Shown here one piece after another: positions 1 through 8,332 of a stretch of 56,047 nucleotides of DNA. Made by a program: the position numbers and the translations under genes. The DNA is from Acidimicrobiia bacterium (GTDB taxonomy: Bacteria > Acidobacteriota > Vicinamibacteria > Vicinamibacterales > UBA2999). Each line of letters starts with the position of its first letter. Position 1 is the first letter of the stretch. The stretch lies in NCBI GenBank assembly GCA_016871375.1, contig VFYY01000004.1:1-56047 (forward strand), given 5' to 3'. The notes under the pieces were generated by a model, which saw only the letters and a program-made list of their open reading frames with translations, did not search any database and was not told the origin of the DNA.

Positions 1-68
1 CGGACCAACGCGTTCCGCTCGTCATCGGTCAGGACCAAGGCTTTCTTGGGGCGTCCAGTCTTTGGCAT
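1..68 (-). CDS. IS630-family transposase, N-terminal fragment (partial)
   Basis: Manual translation MPKTGRPKKALVLTDDERNALVR matches the 'GRPK..LVL.DEER..L' start of IS630 transposases. The ORF runs off the window edge. Confidence 0.75.
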   Translation of the reverse strand, partial: MPKTGRPKKALVLTDDERNALV

Positions 69-127
69 GCCCCTTTTAGATCACAATGCGCGTTCTATTT
101 CCAGCTATTTCGTTTCCGGGGTACTAG
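1..127 (-). mobile_element. End of an IS630-family insertion sequence (terminal repeat plus start of transposase), truncated by the window edge
   Basis: Minus strand reads CTAG-TACCCCGGAAACGAAATAG..., followed by an ATG at 68 opening an IS630-like N-terminus. A TA/CTAG boundary is typical of IS630. Confidence 0.75.
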
Positions 128-239
128 CGCGGTTTCGACTTCTTCGTAGTGTCCGGCTTTAGCCGGACCACACACGGCGGTGCCGATCAACGTGGTCCGG
201 CTAAAGCCGGACACTACGACGTTTCAGAAACCGCTCGAA
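124..239 (-). repeat. CTAG-bounded miniature inverted-repeat element with REP doublet, copy 1 (116 bp)
   Basis: Near-identical to the reverse complement of 27951-28066. Shares CTAG 124-127 with the IS630 end. Confidence 0.9.
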
Positions 240-268
240 GCCGTTCTGCCGAGCCGTGAAGGCCCGCC

Positions 269-1024
269 CTACTTCCCTCTTACTTGCCGGCCGGCGCGGA
301 CGTCGTCCGCGTAGGCGGTGATGGCGTCGAGTGTGACGCGCGCGACGTTGGCGTAGCGGTCCACGTTGTCGTCGAGCGCGGCGGCGATGTTGCCGATGGC
401 GTTGCCGATGGCGCGCACGCGGCCGTCGAGCCACGGTCCGCCGCCCAGGCCGCCGAGAACGGGAATCGACACGGCACTCACGACGGCGGGCCCCGCCTCT
501 GGACCGGAGTGCCGGAAGTCGAGCATCGACGCCCCCGCGCCTTCCAGCTGGCGGGCGTGCTCGACGTAACGATGTATGTCGATCGTAGTGTCCGGCTTCA
601 GCCGGACCACACTCAGCTGGGCCCAGGTCGCGATGCCGGCCACTGCAACGGCACGCACCGTCTCCGCCGGCGCCTCGAGCTTGACCATGTCCGCGCCGCC
701 GTCGTTCACCAGCGTTCTCGCCGCGCGCACGGCGGCCCCGGGTCCGTCGTTCGCCGCCGCCGCGGGCACGTCGCAGCTCACCAGCGCGCGCCGCACGCCC
801 CGCCGCACGGCGCGGCACGCCAGCAGCATCTCGTCGAGCGTCACGTCCGCTTCGTCGCGCTGTCCCCACAGCGTCATGCCGACCGAGTCGCCCACCGACA
901 CGAGATCGACCCCCGCGCGGTCCACGATCTGCGCGGTCTGGAAGTCGTAGACCACCACGGCGACGATCTTGCGCCCCTCGCGCTTCATGCGCTGCAGCGC
1001 CGCCATCGTCACCGGGTCGGACAC
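269..1024 (-). CDS. PanB-like (ketopantoate hydroxymethyltransferase / PEP mutase-ICL superfamily) enzyme, divergent
   Basis: VYD, VSVGDS, CDVP and VKLE motifs of PanB are present, but HIGLTPQ and the LVLE catalytic segment are altered (WAQLS, LDFRHSG). Confidence 0.8.
   Translation of the reverse strand: MSDPVTMAALQRMKREGRKIVAVVVYDFQTAQIVDRAGVDLVSVGDSVGMTLWGQRDEADVTLDEMLLACRAVRRGVRRALVSCDVPAAAANDGPGAAVRAARTLVNDGGADMVKLEAPAETVRAVAVAGIATWAQLSVVRLKPDTTIDIHRYVEHARQLEGAGASMLDFRHSGPEAGPAVVSAVSIPVLGGLGGGPWLDGRVRAIGNAIGNIAAALDDNVDRYANVARVTLDAITAYADDVRAGRQVRGK
584..612. repeat. Single REP-like palindrome inside a coding sequence
   Basis: CGTAGTGTCCGGCTTCAGCCGGACCACAC matches the REP arm of the miniature element. 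It is read as VVRLKPDTT in the PanB-like ORF. Confidence 0.85.
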
Positions 1025-1027
1025 GCT

Positions 1028-1387
1028 CTACCGGAAGGACCTGAGGATGTCGTCCACGTAGTCGTCGTCGTTGGTGACGACGACCATGAGCGACCAGGGG
1101 CGGACCTGCGCGAGCGTCCTGGAGAGCGCGGCATCCGAGACCGCGGACGCGCGCACGATGATCGTGTGGGTCATCACGCGCCGGGCGCTGCACGCCTCGC
1201 CGATGATCGCCGCCGCGTGCGCGTCGCTGCCGGCGGCGACGATCATCACCACCAGATCCGCGGTGTCCACGCCGGCCACCAGCCGCGCGATGTCGTGCCC
1301 GGTCGCGGTGTCGAGGTCGATCGTGCGGATGACGCGGCCCGTGGGCGCCTGGCTCGTACGGAACTGCACGGCGCGGAACTGCGTCAC
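1028..1387 (-). CDS. Small hypothetical protein with resemblance to part of the FtsZ/tubulin GTPase fold
   Basis: GTG start overlaps the Rieske stop (GTGA). The segment ADLVVMIVAAG...AAAIIGEACSARRVMTHTIIV parallels FtsZ ADMVFI.AG...APVIAE.A....ILTVAVV, without GGGTG. Confidence 0.65.
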   Translation of the reverse strand: MTQFRAVQFRTSQAPTGRVIRTIDLDTATGHDIARLVAGVDTADLVVMIVAAGSDAHAAAIIGEACSARRVMTHTIIVRASAVSDAALSRTLAQVRPWSLMVVVTNDDDYVDDILRSFR

Positions 1388-2667
1388 ACGGTGGCCGGCT
1401 CGACGCCGGGACGCGCGACGAGCGCCTCGCGCGCCGCGTCCTTGAACGGCTGGTCGGGCGGCAGGACGACCGCCGCGGAGCGCACCCGCTGATGGACAGG
1501 ATCGACGCCGGGCGGCACCGTGCCCGACTCCTCGAGCGCCTTCACCGCACGCAGCAGCTTCTGGCGCGCCACGATGATGCCGCTGTCGGTGGAGACGAGC
1601 GTCTCCTTCGTCCGATCGACGATCGGCCCCATGCTCTCCTGCAGCGAGGCGTCCTGCATGGCGATCCCCGTGATGCCGCTGTAGGTGCGGCCCTCGCGCT
1701 GCGCCACGCGGTCCATCAGGTAGTCGTTGTCCCTGTGCGCGAGCGGCCGGTAGTTCGCGTCCACCTTCGCATGAATGCCGAGGCCGGCGCGCATCGCGGC
1801 CAGCTCGCCATCCGTCAGCGCGCGCGTCGGGTGGTAGTCGAAGCTCCACGCCCAGCAGTTCTCGTCGTCGATGGGAATCCAGAAGTGGCCGTGCACCGGA
1901 TGGCCGCCGCGGGGCGGAATCATCGTGTACGACGGCATCACCCACTGCGTGATGCGCCAGTAGTAGTGGCCGTGTTCGGCGTTGCGGCGCGCGCCGATGT
2001 AGAGGCCGCCCGCGCTCTCGACCACCTCGAAGACGGGGCTGAGGTCGCTGAGGTTGTAGCGGTTGCCGCGCGTGCCCTTGAACAGCGGATCGGTGTTGAG
2101 GCTGCCGCGGTGCAGGAACGAGACGTGGCTCGAGTCGATGCCGCCTTCCATCGCCTGCAGCCAGTTGCACTCCTGCATGCGCTTCGACATGTACGACTGG
2201 TTCGCCGGCACGGTGGCGAACTCGTAGGCAGGCCGCGGCGGCTCGCTGTCGGCCGGTCCCAGGTAGGTCCAGAGCACGCCGCCCTGCTCGACGAGCGGAT
2301 ACGACTTGAGCGTCACCTTCTTCGCGAACGCGGTGTGCTCCGGCTCGTTCGGCATGTCCGTGCACTGGCCGGTGACGTCGAATTTCCAGCCGTGATACGG
2401 ACAGCGCAGCCCGCATTCCTCGTTCCGGCCGAACCACAGCGAGACACCGCGGTGCGCGCAGAACTCGTCCATCAACCCGAGCCGGCCGTCGGTGTCGCGG
2501 AACGCGATCAGCCGCTCGGACAGCAGCTTCACGCGCACCGGCGGACAGTCGGGCTCCGGCAGCTCCTCCGCCAGCAGCGCGGGGATCCAGTAGCGGCGGA
2601 AGAGACGCCCGAGCGGCGTCCCCGGTCCCGTCTGGGTCAGGAGATCGTTCTGTTCCTTCTTGAGCAT
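1384..2667 (-). CDS. Rieske non-heme iron oxygenase alpha subunit (phthalate 4,5-dioxygenase/LigXa type)
   Basis: Rieske motif CAHRG...CPYHGW, mononuclear iron motif EGGIDSSHVSFLH and a downstream QD. Confidence 0.93.
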   Translation of the reverse strand: MLKKEQNDLLTQTGPGTPLGRLFRRYWIPALLAEELPEPDCPPVRVKLLSERLIAFRDTDGRLGLMDEFCAHRGVSLWFGRNEECGLRCPYHGWKFDVTGQCTDMPNEPEHTAFAKKVTLKSYPLVEQGGVLWTYLGPADSEPPRPAYEFATVPANQSYMSKRMQECNWLQAMEGGIDSSHVSFLHRGSLNTDPLFKGTRGNRYNLSDLSPVFEVVESAGGLYIGARRNAEHGHYYWRITQWVMPSYTMIPPRGGHPVHGHFWIPIDDENCWAWSFDYHPTRALTDGELAAMRAGLGIHAKVDANYRPLAHRDNDYLMDRVAQREGRTYSGITGIAMQDASLQESMGPIVDRTKETLVSTDSGIIVARQKLLRAVKALEESGTVPPGVDPVHQRVRSAAVVLPPDQPFKDAAREALVARPGVEPATV

Positions 2668-2687
2668 GCGTCTGTTCGAATTATCCT

Positions 2688-2718
2688 ACTGCCGACCGCC
2701 GACTGCCGACTGCCGACT
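2688..2718. repeat. 7-bp tandem repeat (ACTGCCG, about 4.5 copies) directly before the aroE ATG
   Basis: ACTGCCG ACCGCCG ACTGCCG ACTGCCG ACT. Confidence 0.8.
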
Positions 2719-3561
2719 ATGTCCGATTTTTTTCATCTCGCGGGCGTCATGGGGTGGCCGGTGATGCACTCGCGCTCCCCCGCGCTCCACAACTACTGGT
2801 TCCGGCAGCATGGCCTCGCGGGCACCTACGTCCCGCTCGCCATCAGGCCGGAAAATCTCGCACCCGCCCTGCGGGCGCTTGCGCCGCTGGGATTTGCCGG
2901 CTGCAACCTCACGATTCCCCACAAGCAGCAGGCGATGGCCATCGTGGACGAGGTCGACCCCGTGGCGCGCCGCATCGGGGCCATCAGCTGCGTCGTCGTC
3001 CGCGATGACGGGTCGCTGGCGGGGACCAATAACGACAGCTACGGGTTCATCCAGAACGTGCTGCAGCACCACCCATCGTGGCGGGCCGACGCGGGGCCGG
3101 CCGTGGTCGTCGGCGCGGGTGGCGGCGCGCGCGCAGTGATCTACAGCCTGGCGGACCGCGGCGCGCGTGAGATCCGCGTCGTCAACCGCTCGCCCGAACG
3201 GGCGCGGGCGCTCGCGAAGGAATTCGGTCCGCCGCTGGTCGCCGTGCCCTGGGAGGACCGCGGCGCCTCGCTCGCCGGCGCGGCCATGCTCGTCAACACG
3301 ACCAGCCAGGGCATGGTCGGCCACCCGCCGCTCGACCTCAGCCTCGACGCGCTGCCCACCCGCGCGCTCGTCTGCGACATCGTCTACGTGCCGCTGGAGA
3401 CGCCGCTCCTGACCGCCGCCGGCCACCGCGGCAATCCCACGGTCGACGGCCTCGGCATGCTGCTCCACCAGGGCCGGCCGGCCTGGAAGGCGTGGTTCGG
3501 CATCGAGCCGCAGGTGACGCCCGAACTCCGCGCGTCGATCGAATCAACGTTCCAGCTGTAG
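2719..3561 (+). CDS. aroE: Shikimate dehydrogenase
   Basis: GWPVMHSRSP, GCNLTIPHK, GTNND, GAGGGARA, NTTS.GM, DIVY.P.ET and DGLGML..QG motifs. Confidence 0.92.
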   Translation: MSDFFHLAGVMGWPVMHSRSPALHNYWFRQHGLAGTYVPLAIRPENLAPALRALAPLGFAGCNLTIPHKQQAMAIVDEVDPVARRIGAISCVVVRDDGSLAGTNNDSYGFIQNVLQHHPSWRADAGPAVVVGAGGGARAVIYSLADRGAREIRVVNRSPERARALAKEFGPPLVAVPWEDRGASLAGAAMLVNTTSQGMVGHPPLDLSLDALPTRALVCDIVYVPLETPLLTAAGHRGNPTVDGLGMLLHQGRPAWKAWFGIEPQVTPELRASIESTFQL

Positions 3562-3659
3562 GAGGGTGCCGCAATCTCGATGCCCACGCCGACCACCCAG
3601 ACGACCGTCTGCGCTGTCTTCACTCTTTGCGACACCTTGGCCAACTCCGCCTGCACTGC

Positions 3660-3862
3660 CTTCTGAATTCGCGGGCCCGCAGAGGGTCTCAGCCGTCCTT
3701 GGGTTCACACGTGCGGCTCAGCCGCGGCGGGTGGCGCCGGGTGGGGCCGCCCCGCCCGCGCCGCAGGCGCCTCCCCCGTGTGGGTGCTCGTGGCGCCGAG
3801 CACGGGTGGGGCTACCCGGCGACAGGACCCGCCGCGGTCCAAGTCCCGCGAGTTTCCGGAGG
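3660..3862. ncRNA. Candidate structured non-coding RNA or non-autonomous element (family unidentified)
   Basis: Nested complementary segments read by eye: AATTCGCGGG/CCCGCGAGTT, CTTGGG/TCCAAG, CCGCGGCGGGT/ACCCGCCGCGG, CGCCGGGTGG/CTACCCGGCG, GCCCCGCCC/GGGTGGGGC. Inner hairpins GCGCC-GCA-GGCGC and GTGCTCG-N6-CGAGCAC. Confidence 0.4.
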
Positions 3863-3886
3863 CCCGAGCCTCCCGCTGCCGCGCTT

Positions 3887-3911
3887 GGTCCGGCTGAAGC
3901 CGGACACTACG
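3887..3911. repeat. Single REP-like palindrome
   Basis: GGTCCGGCTGAAGCCGGACACTACG, identical to the right arm of the 43321 copy. Confidence 0.85.
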
Positions 3912-3922
3912 TACGCTGCGGA

Positions 3923-4579
3923 TCACCCAATCTTCGAGTAGTAGTGGTCCCAGGTCTTCTTGAACAGGTTCGCGGACCAGAGCTTCTCGCGGCACGCCTG
4001 CTGCTCGGCTTCGCTGAAAACGTACGGATCGCCGATCTGCATCGCCATGTACTGGCGGTAGGCGTTCTCCTCCAGGTACGCCGCGAGGACGAAGGCTTCG
4101 ACGACGGTGGCGCCGACGGTGACCGCGCCATGCGCCTTGAGCAGCGCGGCGGGGCGCGCGCCGAGCGTGGCGGCGAGCTTCTCGCCCATCGGCCTGGTGT
4201 TGACCGAGAGCGGCGAGTCCATCACCGGCATGTCGCCGAGCAGGACACCCTGCGCGTAGACCGCCTTGTACGGGACGCCGGTCATCGTCAGGAACGTGGA
4301 CCACTGCGGATGCGTGTGCATCACGGAGTGCACGTCCGGCCGGGCGCGGTAGATCTCGGCGTGGATGTGGAACTCGAGCGGCGGCCGCGCGTCGCCGTCC
4401 ACCAGGTCGCCCTTCAGGTTCACGGTGACGATGTCGTTGGTGGTCAGCGTGCCGCGGACGGACGCGCCTGAGTTGATGTAGAACGACGTCTCGTCCCGCC
4501 GCGCGCTGCAGTGGCCGTTGTGGTCGATGATGCCGGCGCGCTCCAGCATGCGGATCGCATCGACGAGCTGCTGCTTCAC
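3923..4579 (-). CDS. Class II aldolase/adducin family protein
   Basis: GHCSAR, EFHIHAEIYRARPDV, HTH and LLKAHG metal-binding motifs. GTG start overlaps the upstream stop (alternative starts 4597/4606). Confidence 0.88.
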   Translation of the reverse strand: MKQQLVDAIRMLERAGIIDHNGHCSARRDETSFYINSGASVRGTLTTNDIVTVNLKGDLVDGDARPPLEFHIHAEIYRARPDVHSVMHTHPQWSTFLTMTGVPYKAVYAQGVLLGDMPVMDSPLSVNTRPMGEKLAATLGARPAALLKAHGAVTVGATVVEAFVLAAYLEENAYRQYMAMQIGDPYVFSEAEQQACREKLWSANLFKKTWDHYYSKIG

Positions 4580-5304
4580 ATCACTCGCTTTTTCCATAAC
4601 TCCCATGACCGGCCGAGCGTCGCCAGGTTGACAGCGTCGGCCTTCCGCCCTTCTTCTTCATCGAGTGCGGCGATCTCGCCGCCGAGCGCCGCGGCCTGCA
4701 ACTGCACCCGCGCGCTGACCTCGGTGAAGACCGCGCGGAACACGGCCGCCTGGATGCTCGGGCCGACCGCGACGAACCCGTGCGCGCGCAGCAGCACCAC
4801 GTGCTTGTCGCCGAGCGCCTCGGCCAGCGCGGCGCCGCGTTCCGCGCTGCTGATCACGATGTCGCTGGCGCCGAATTTCTCGCGGATGTCGAAGACGGGC
4901 ACGCCCGCCGCGAGGAACGCGGCGTTGTGGTACGTGGCGCGCATCGGCGTGTCTGTCAGCCCGAACGGGATGACCGACGTCGAGTGCCCGTGCGCGATCG
5001 CCATGACATCCGATCGCTTGCGGTAAATCTCGGCGTGGAGGAAGCGCTCGACGAACGGCGACCGCCCGCGCGCGTCGATCGCCTCGCCGTCGAGCGTCAG
5101 CTCCATGATGTCGTCGGCGGTGACGAGCGCCGGCGCAAGGGACCGCGACATGAGAAAGCGATCGGCCTTCGCCGGATGCCGCATCGACGTATGGCCGGCG
5201 GCGTCGAACACGCCTCGATCGGCGAGGATGCGGCTCGCCGCCGCCAGGTCCTCGAGGATCGCGCTTGCCACGCCGACGCGTTGCGAAGGCGGGTCTACTT
5301 CCAC
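4576..5304 (-). CDS. Class II aldolase/adducin family protein (decarboxylase-like subgroup)
   Basis: AGHTSMRHP, ERFLHAEIY, AHGHS and LLRAHG motifs. Confidence 0.88.
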   Translation of the reverse strand: MEVDPPSQRVGVASAILEDLAAASRILADRGVFDAAGHTSMRHPAKADRFLMSRSLAPALVTADDIMELTLDGEAIDARGRSPFVERFLHAEIYRKRSDVMAIAHGHSTSVIPFGLTDTPMRATYHNAAFLAAGVPVFDIREKFGASDIVISSAERGAALAEALGDKHVVLLRAHGFVAVGPSIQAAVFRAVFTEVSARVQLQAAALGGEIAALDEEEGRKADAVNLATLGRSWELWKKRVM

Positions 5305-6407
5305 GGCATCACGGACACGTGAATGGCGCCCGGCGCGCCCTCGCCGCCCACGGACTTGATCGCATGGTCCACCTCCGACAGGCCGAACCGGTGGGTCGTC
5401 ATCAGCTCCAGCGGGAACCGCCGCGCGGCAAGGTGGTACAGCGCGAGCTCCACGGCGCGGTACGAGTGGCCGCGCGCGCTCTTGAGCGTCATCCCCTTGC
5501 GCGTCAGCCGGCCGATCGGGAAGTCCGGGAAGGTCGCGTTCCCCTCACCCTGGATCACCATCGTGCCGCCGCGGCGCTTCGTCGCTTCGATTCCGAGCAG
5601 CACCGCCGCCTTGCCGGCGCCGCTCGTGCAGTCCACGACGACGTCCACGCCGCGGCCGCCGGTGATGGCCATGATGCGGTCGAGCGCGTTCTCCTTCTCG
5701 ACGTCGATGACCTCGTCAGCGCCCATCTGCTTCGCCACTTGGAGCCGCCGCGCGTCCTTCGACGTCCCGGTGACGATGACGCGATCCGCGCCGGCCTGGC
5801 GCGCGGCCATCGCGCAGCACAGGCCCTGCTGCCCCGGCCCCTGGATCAGCACGGTGGAGGCGTAGCCGACGCCGCCGTCCATCAGCGTCCACTGGATGCC
5901 GTTCGACATCGGCGTCGCGATCCCCGCCTCCTCGGGCGAGAGGCCGGGCGGCACGCGGTGCAGCACCGCGTTCAGCGGCAGGTAGACGTAGTGGCTGAAG
6001 CCGCCCCAGAGCGACGGCGCGATCTCGATGGAGGTGTAGCCGTAGCGGATGGCCTTCGGGTCGTAGAACCACTCGGTGGCCGCGCAGTGGCGGTACTCGC
6101 CCCTGTGGTCCCACTCGCAGTGGCCGCACGGCAGATAGTGCTCGAGGAAGACGAGGTCGCCCTCCCTGAAGCCCTTGTGCCGCTCGAACAGGCGGCCGAC
6201 TCTGGCGAGATAGCCCACGTTTTCGTGGCCCATAATCAACGGCGCCCCGCGCAGCGGCAGCTTGTACTGGCTGACGTCGGTGCCGCAGACGCCCGCCACC
6301 TCCATCCTCAGCAGCGCCGCGTCGGGCGGGATCTCGGGCAGGTCGAACTCGCGCACTTCCGTGGTGGCCGGGCCGGTCTTGAGCGCGGCCAGCATCTTTT
6401 CCGCCAA
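5295..6407 (-). CDS. Zinc-dependent medium-chain alcohol dehydrogenase
   Basis: GVCGTD, MGHE, CGHCEWD..GEYRHC and GPGQQG motifs. GGAGG precedes the TTG start. Confidence 0.9.
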   Translation of the reverse strand: MAEKMLAALKTGPATTEVREFDLPEIPPDAALLRMEVAGVCGTDVSQYKLPLRGAPLIMGHENVGYLARVGRLFERHKGFREGDLVFLEHYLPCGHCEWDHRGEYRHCAATEWFYDPKAIRYGYTSIEIAPSLWGGFSHYVYLPLNAVLHRVPPGLSPEEAGIATPMSNGIQWTLMDGGVGYASTVLIQGPGQQGLCCAMAARQAGADRVIVTGTSKDARRLQVAKQMGADEVIDVEKENALDRIMAITGGRGVDVVVDCTSGAGKAAVLLGIEATKRRGGTMVIQGEGNATFPDFPIGRLTRKGMTLKSARGHSYRAVELALYHLAARRFPLELMTTHRFGLSEVDHAIKSVGGEGAPGAIHVSVMPWK

Positions 6408-6485
6408 AACGGTGGTCCTCCGGTCTTGCGCCGGATACGGCGCGAAGCCATCATATGCGCCCGGCTCCGGGAAAAGCAGCAGCCT

Positions 6486-6701
6486 ATGTTCACCCAGCTC
6501 ACGATCCGCGAGCGCAACCGCATCTCGGTCGTCGGCGACGGCATCGAGGCGCTGGCGTTCCTGCGCCGCGAGGGCCAGTACGCGAACGCGCCGCAGTGCA
6601 GCTGCTACGTCGCCACGCCGGTGGACCTGCCGCGCTTCCTGGAGGTCGTCCGCGCCATCGAGGACTTCTGGCTGTGCGTCGTCCAGCTGCCGCCGCGATG
6701 A
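6486..6701 (+). pseudogene. Rcp1-like single-domain response regulator with internal deletion
   Basis: VVGDGIEALAFLRREGQYANAP is joined to CSCYVATPVDLPRFLEVVRAIEDFWLCVVQLP. The central PDLILLDLNLP...PVVVLTTS part with the phospho-Asp is absent. Confidence 0.75.
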
Positions 6702-8332
6702 GCACGCTGTTGGCCGACGATCGCGTCTGGATCCTGCTGATCGAGGACAACCCCGCGGACGCGGACCTCGTGCGCGAGCACCTCGACGCCGACGGGATGG
6801 CGGGCAACGTGGAGCTGACCCACGTGTCGCGGGTCGCCGACGCGCTGGCCCAGCTCCGCGCGCAGCACTTCGACGCCATCCTCACGGATTTCAACCTCCC
6901 CGACGGCGCGGGCATCCCCATGCTGCAGACGCTGCGCGAGGCGGTGCCCGACACACCGATCGTCGTGATCACCGGCGAGTCGCAGAACCTCGGCCTCGCG
7001 CTCGAGGCGCTGCGCCACGGCGCGCAGGATTACCTGATCAAGGGCGCCGGCACCAGCCAGGTGCACCGCAGCCTGCGCTACGCGATCGAGCGCAAGCAGT
7101 TGCAGGACAAGCTCACGAGCAGCGAGTGGGAACTGCGGGAGAAGAACGACCTGCTGCGGGCGGTGCTCGACAACATGGGCGACGGCGTGATCGTGGCCGC
7201 GCGCGACGGCCGCATGCTGCTGTTCAACCCGGCGGCCACCCGGATCTTCGGCCGCGGCATCACCGACACGCTGCCGGATCGCTGGAGCGACACTTACGGC
7301 ATCCAGCGGCTCGAGACCGGCGAGCCGATCGCCGCCGACGACCTGCCACTCGTGCGCGCGATCCGCGGCCAGGCGTCCGACTCCGTCGACCTGGTGATCC
7401 GGCACAACGCGCTCTCGAAGAACGTGTACGTCCAGTCCACCGGGCGGCCGCTGCGCGACTGGAAGGGCGACGTCTACGGCGGCATGGTGGTGATCCACGA
7501 CATCACCGCGCACAAGGAGGCCGAGGAGGCGCTGAAGCAGAAGAACGACGAGCTGACGCACGCCTACTTCGAGCTCGATCGGAGCCGCAAGCAGCAGCTC
7601 GAGCTGAAGGACCAGGTGCTGTCGCACGTGTCGCACGAGCTGCGGACGCCGCTCAACGCCGCCGCGCAGTTCGTCACCATCCTCCGGCGCGGGTTCGCCG
7701 GCCCGCTGCAGGAGCAGCAGCAGGAGCTCGTCGAGGACATCGAGCGCAACCTGAAGCAGCTCCGCTCGATGATCGCGGACCTGCTCGACACGACGCGCGC
7801 GGAAAGCGGCAAGCTGACGCTCAAGCTGCGGCGGCTGCCGCTGCACGACGCCGTGGCCGACGTGCTGCGGACCATGCACTCCACCGCGGCCGACAAGGGC
7901 GTCGCGCTCGCCGCGGACGTGCCCGCGGAGCTGCCGCACGTCGCCGCCGACCCGGCGCGCATCCGGCAGGTGCTGACCAACCTCGTGGACAACGCGCAGA
8001 AGTTCACCCCGTCCGGCGGCTCGATCACCGTGCGCGCCCGCAGGTTCGAGGCCGACCCCGCCTTCGTCTGCGTCTCGGTCGTCGACACGGGCCGCGGCAT
8101 CGACGCCGCCGAGCATCAGCGGATCTTCAGCCGGCTCGCGCAGGTTGAGCAGTCGGTGACCGACGACAGCAGCACGCGCAAGGGGCTCGGCCTCGGCCTG
8201 TTCATCTGCCGCGAGATCGTGCGCCGTCACGGCGGCGACATCGGCGTGGACAGCCGCCCCGGCGAGGGCTCGACCTTCTACTTCACGCTTCCGATTCACC
8301 CCGCCGCGCTGCCCCAGGGAGGTTCCGCATGA
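6698..8332 (+). CDS. Hybrid sensor histidine kinase (REC-PAS-HisKA-HATPase), cytoplasmic
   Basis: ILLIEDN...ILTDFNLPD receiver, PAS region, SHELRTPL H-box, NLVDNA.KF, DTGRGI and GLGLGL. ATGA overlap at the start. Confidence 0.93.
   Translation: MSTLLADDRVWILLIEDNPADADLVREHLDADGMAGNVELTHVSRVADALAQLRAQHFDAILTDFNLPDGAGIPMLQTLREAVPDTPIVVITGESQNLGLALEALRHGAQDYLIKGAGTSQVHRSLRYAIERKQLQDKLTSSEWELREKNDLLRAVLDNMGDGVIVAARDGRMLLFNPAATRIFGRGITDTLPDRWSDTYGIQRLETGEPIAADDLPLVRAIRGQASDSVDLVIRHNALSKNVYVQSTGRPLRDWKGDVYGGMVVIHDITAHKEAEEALKQKNDELTHAYFELDRSRKQQLELKDQVLSHVSHELRTPLNAAAQFVTILRRGFAGPLQEQQQELVEDIERNLKQLRSMIADLLDTTRAESGKLTLKLRRLPLHDAVADVLRTMHSTAADKGVALAADVPAELPHVAADPARIRQVLTNLVDNAQKFTPSGGSITVRARRFEADPAFVCVSVVDTGRGIDAAEHQRIFSRLAQVEQSVTDDSSTRKGLGLGLFICREIVRRHGGDIGVDSRPGEGSTFYFTLPIHPAALPQGGSA

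Noticed and set aside
269-1024. Assigning the symbol panB
   Set aside because: Key PanB segments are altered and the context is catabolic rather than panBCD.
3384-3656. 90-aa minus-strand ORF overlapping the aroE 3' end
   Set aside because: It overlaps a solid gene on the opposite strand by about 180 bp and has no recognisable motif or RBS.
3690-3725. GAGCCG...ACGGCT on the minus strand as group II intron domain V
   Set aside because: Wrong spacing, no GNRA-capped upper stem, no domain VI and no reverse transcriptase.
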